Below are positions 62,470-64,000 of a stretch of 64,000 nt of DNA, piece after piece (within the stretch, counting starts at the first letter, position 1; every line of letters starts with the position of its first letter). Below the pieces are notes generated by a model that was not told where the DNA came from, searched no databases, and was given only the letters and a program-made list of their open reading frames with translations. A program made the translations under genes and the position numbers. This DNA is from Candidatus Latescibacterota bacterium (lineage in GTDB: Bacteria > Latescibacterota > UBA2968 > UBA8231). The stretch lies in assembly GCA_965219385.1 (NCBI GenBank), contig CBDCNM010000002.1, positions 530,639 through 594,638 on the forward strand. The letters are read 5' to 3'.

Positions 62470-63654
62470 CTAGTGTTGTGTCGTAGAGATTCGTTCACAA
62501 AGTCTCTTGATTTTCGCGAGGATGGAATCGGCCGTAGCCGTCCATACGAAAGGGTGCGCGTTGGCGTTCCATTGGGCGGTATAGCGTTCGATGCGCTCGA
62601 TGCGCTCGATGCGCTCTCTTACCTTGCGGAACGAGTGCCGCCGAACCGCCTGGCGCGTGATGATGTTGAACCCAATCTCCACCTGGTTGAGCCACGAAGC
62701 ATAGGGGGGGGTGTAGTGAAGGTGAAATCGGGGGCGCCGCGCCAGCCACTTTTTGACCTTGGCATGCTTGTGGGTGGCGTAATGGTCAACCACGAGATGC
62801 ACGTCGAGACCGCGGGGGCACGTTGTCCTCGATGTGGCGTAGGAACGGGAGGAACTCCTGGTGACGATGACGGGGCTTGCACGGAGTCATCACTTCACCG
62901 GTGGCCACGTCCAGGGCGGCAAACAGAGTGGTGGTGCCATGGCGCTTGTAGTCGTGCGTAACCCCTTCCACGTAGCCCAGGCCCAGGGGCAACAGGGGCT
63001 GACTTCGTTCCAACGCCTGGATCTGGCTCTTCTCGTCGACGCATAAAACCAGGGCGTGCTCGGGGGGATGCATGTATAAGCCGACGATATCCCGTACTTT
63101 GTCGACCAAGAAAGGATCGGTGGAAAGCTTGAAGTGCTTGTGTCGGTGGGGCTGCAAACCATACGTGCGCCCGATGCGATGCACCGCGTCCTTGGTGAGG
63201 CCGGTTTCCGCGCCCATGGAGCGCACCGACCACTGGGTTCGGTCTTTGGGGCTTGGTCTTCAGCGTCTTGTATACCACCTCGGCCACCTGCTCGTCGGTG
63301 ATCGATCGCGGCGCCCCTGAACGCAGTTCATCATGCAAGCCATGGAGTCCGTTTTCGAGAAAACGCCGGCGCCACTTGCCCACCGTAGCGCGCGTCACAC
63401 CCACCGCTGCAGCGACCGCTTCATGGGGCCAGCCTTCGGCGGCCAAAAGGACGATCTCCGCTCGCCGCACCCACCCGTGTGGAAGACTCCGTGATTGGGC
63501 CATCGATTCCAATTGTTCTCGGGCCGACGCACTCAGCGCTAACGGCGTTAACGGACGCCCCATCGCCATAGATCTCTCCTTTCAGAAGGGGTGGTAAGAG
63601 AAACCTACGACATGACCACCATCTCGTAAAGTTATTTATACGACGCAACACTAG
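62470..63654 (-). mobile_element. IS630-family insertion sequence (frameshifted transposase 62470-63569)
   Basis: Terminal IR CTAGTGTTGTGTCGTA / TACGACGCAACACTAG; CVDEKSQIQAL, DYKRHGTT, ASWLNQVE motifs in three frames. Confidence 0.9.
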
Positions 63655-64000
63655 ACCGGGAAGAGCTGGAGCAGGTCGTGGACGATGCCACCCGGGTGCT
63701 GATCCTCAACACCCCCCACAACCCCACAGGCAAGGTGTTTACTCGCGCAGAACTGCTCTTCATCGCCGATTTGTGCCAGCGCCGCAACCTCCTGGTCATC
63801 ACCGACGAAATCTACGAGCACATCCTCTACGACGGACGCCGGCACTACTGCATGGCCACCTTTGAAGGCATGAAGGACCGGACCTTTGTGGTGAACTCCA
63901 TCTCCAAGACCGGCAATGCCACGGGCTGGCGGATCGGCTGGGTGCTGTCTCCTACCGCCTACACCACCCGCATCAGGAGCATTCACGACACCCTGGTCGT
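63651..64000 (+). pseudogene. Class I/II PLP-dependent aminotransferase lacking its N-terminus; runs off the window
   Basis: LDREELEQ...ILNTPHNPTGKVF...TDEIYEHI...NSISKTGNATGWRIGW begins immediately at the IS630 end. Confidence 0.85.

Overview
GC-rich bacterial chromosomal window. Gene content (DUF6785/6784 membrane proteins, PhyH dioxygenases, FN3/Calx-beta/LRR/cadherin surface proteins with FlgD-Ig/T9SS-like or SWGxIK tails) suggests an uncultured FCB-related lineage, possibly a host-associated symbiont; this is inference. Left to right: (1) an NAD-linked formate dehydrogenase (NuoEF-like fusion plus FdhF) whose alpha subunit is a selenoprotein with an in-frame TGA at 2697-2699 and a SECIS-like hairpin; (2) a lower-GC island with two decayed toxin-antitoxin modules around a putative glycosidase; (3) a GH116 glycosidase with a sugar ABC transporter; (4) RraA-like, PhyH and purM genes; (5) a sigma-54-type amtB-glnK operon with a perfect 17-bp upstream inverted repeat, then malate synthase G; (6) a ~20.6-kb minus-strand locus (28.2-48.9 kb) of modular secreted proteins: a ~12.2-kb interrupted M23-peptidase/FN3/cadherin/Calx-beta gene, an LRR-S8 protease gene sharing a ~1.45-kb block with it, and an LRR paralogue with the same leader; (7) a PhyH-HEAT fusion and an isomerase-acoA-acoB-acoC-like-acoX operon; (8) an ABC/AAA_21 ATPase plus DUF4276 candidate defence pair; (9) nested IS elements (ISL3, ISKra4-like, IS630) ending in an N-terminally truncated aminotransferase. 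The best candidate for an undescribed system is the cassette-like surface-protein locus. No rRNA, tRNA or CRISPR array was seen. Family assignments come from motif recognition by eye, not database searches.
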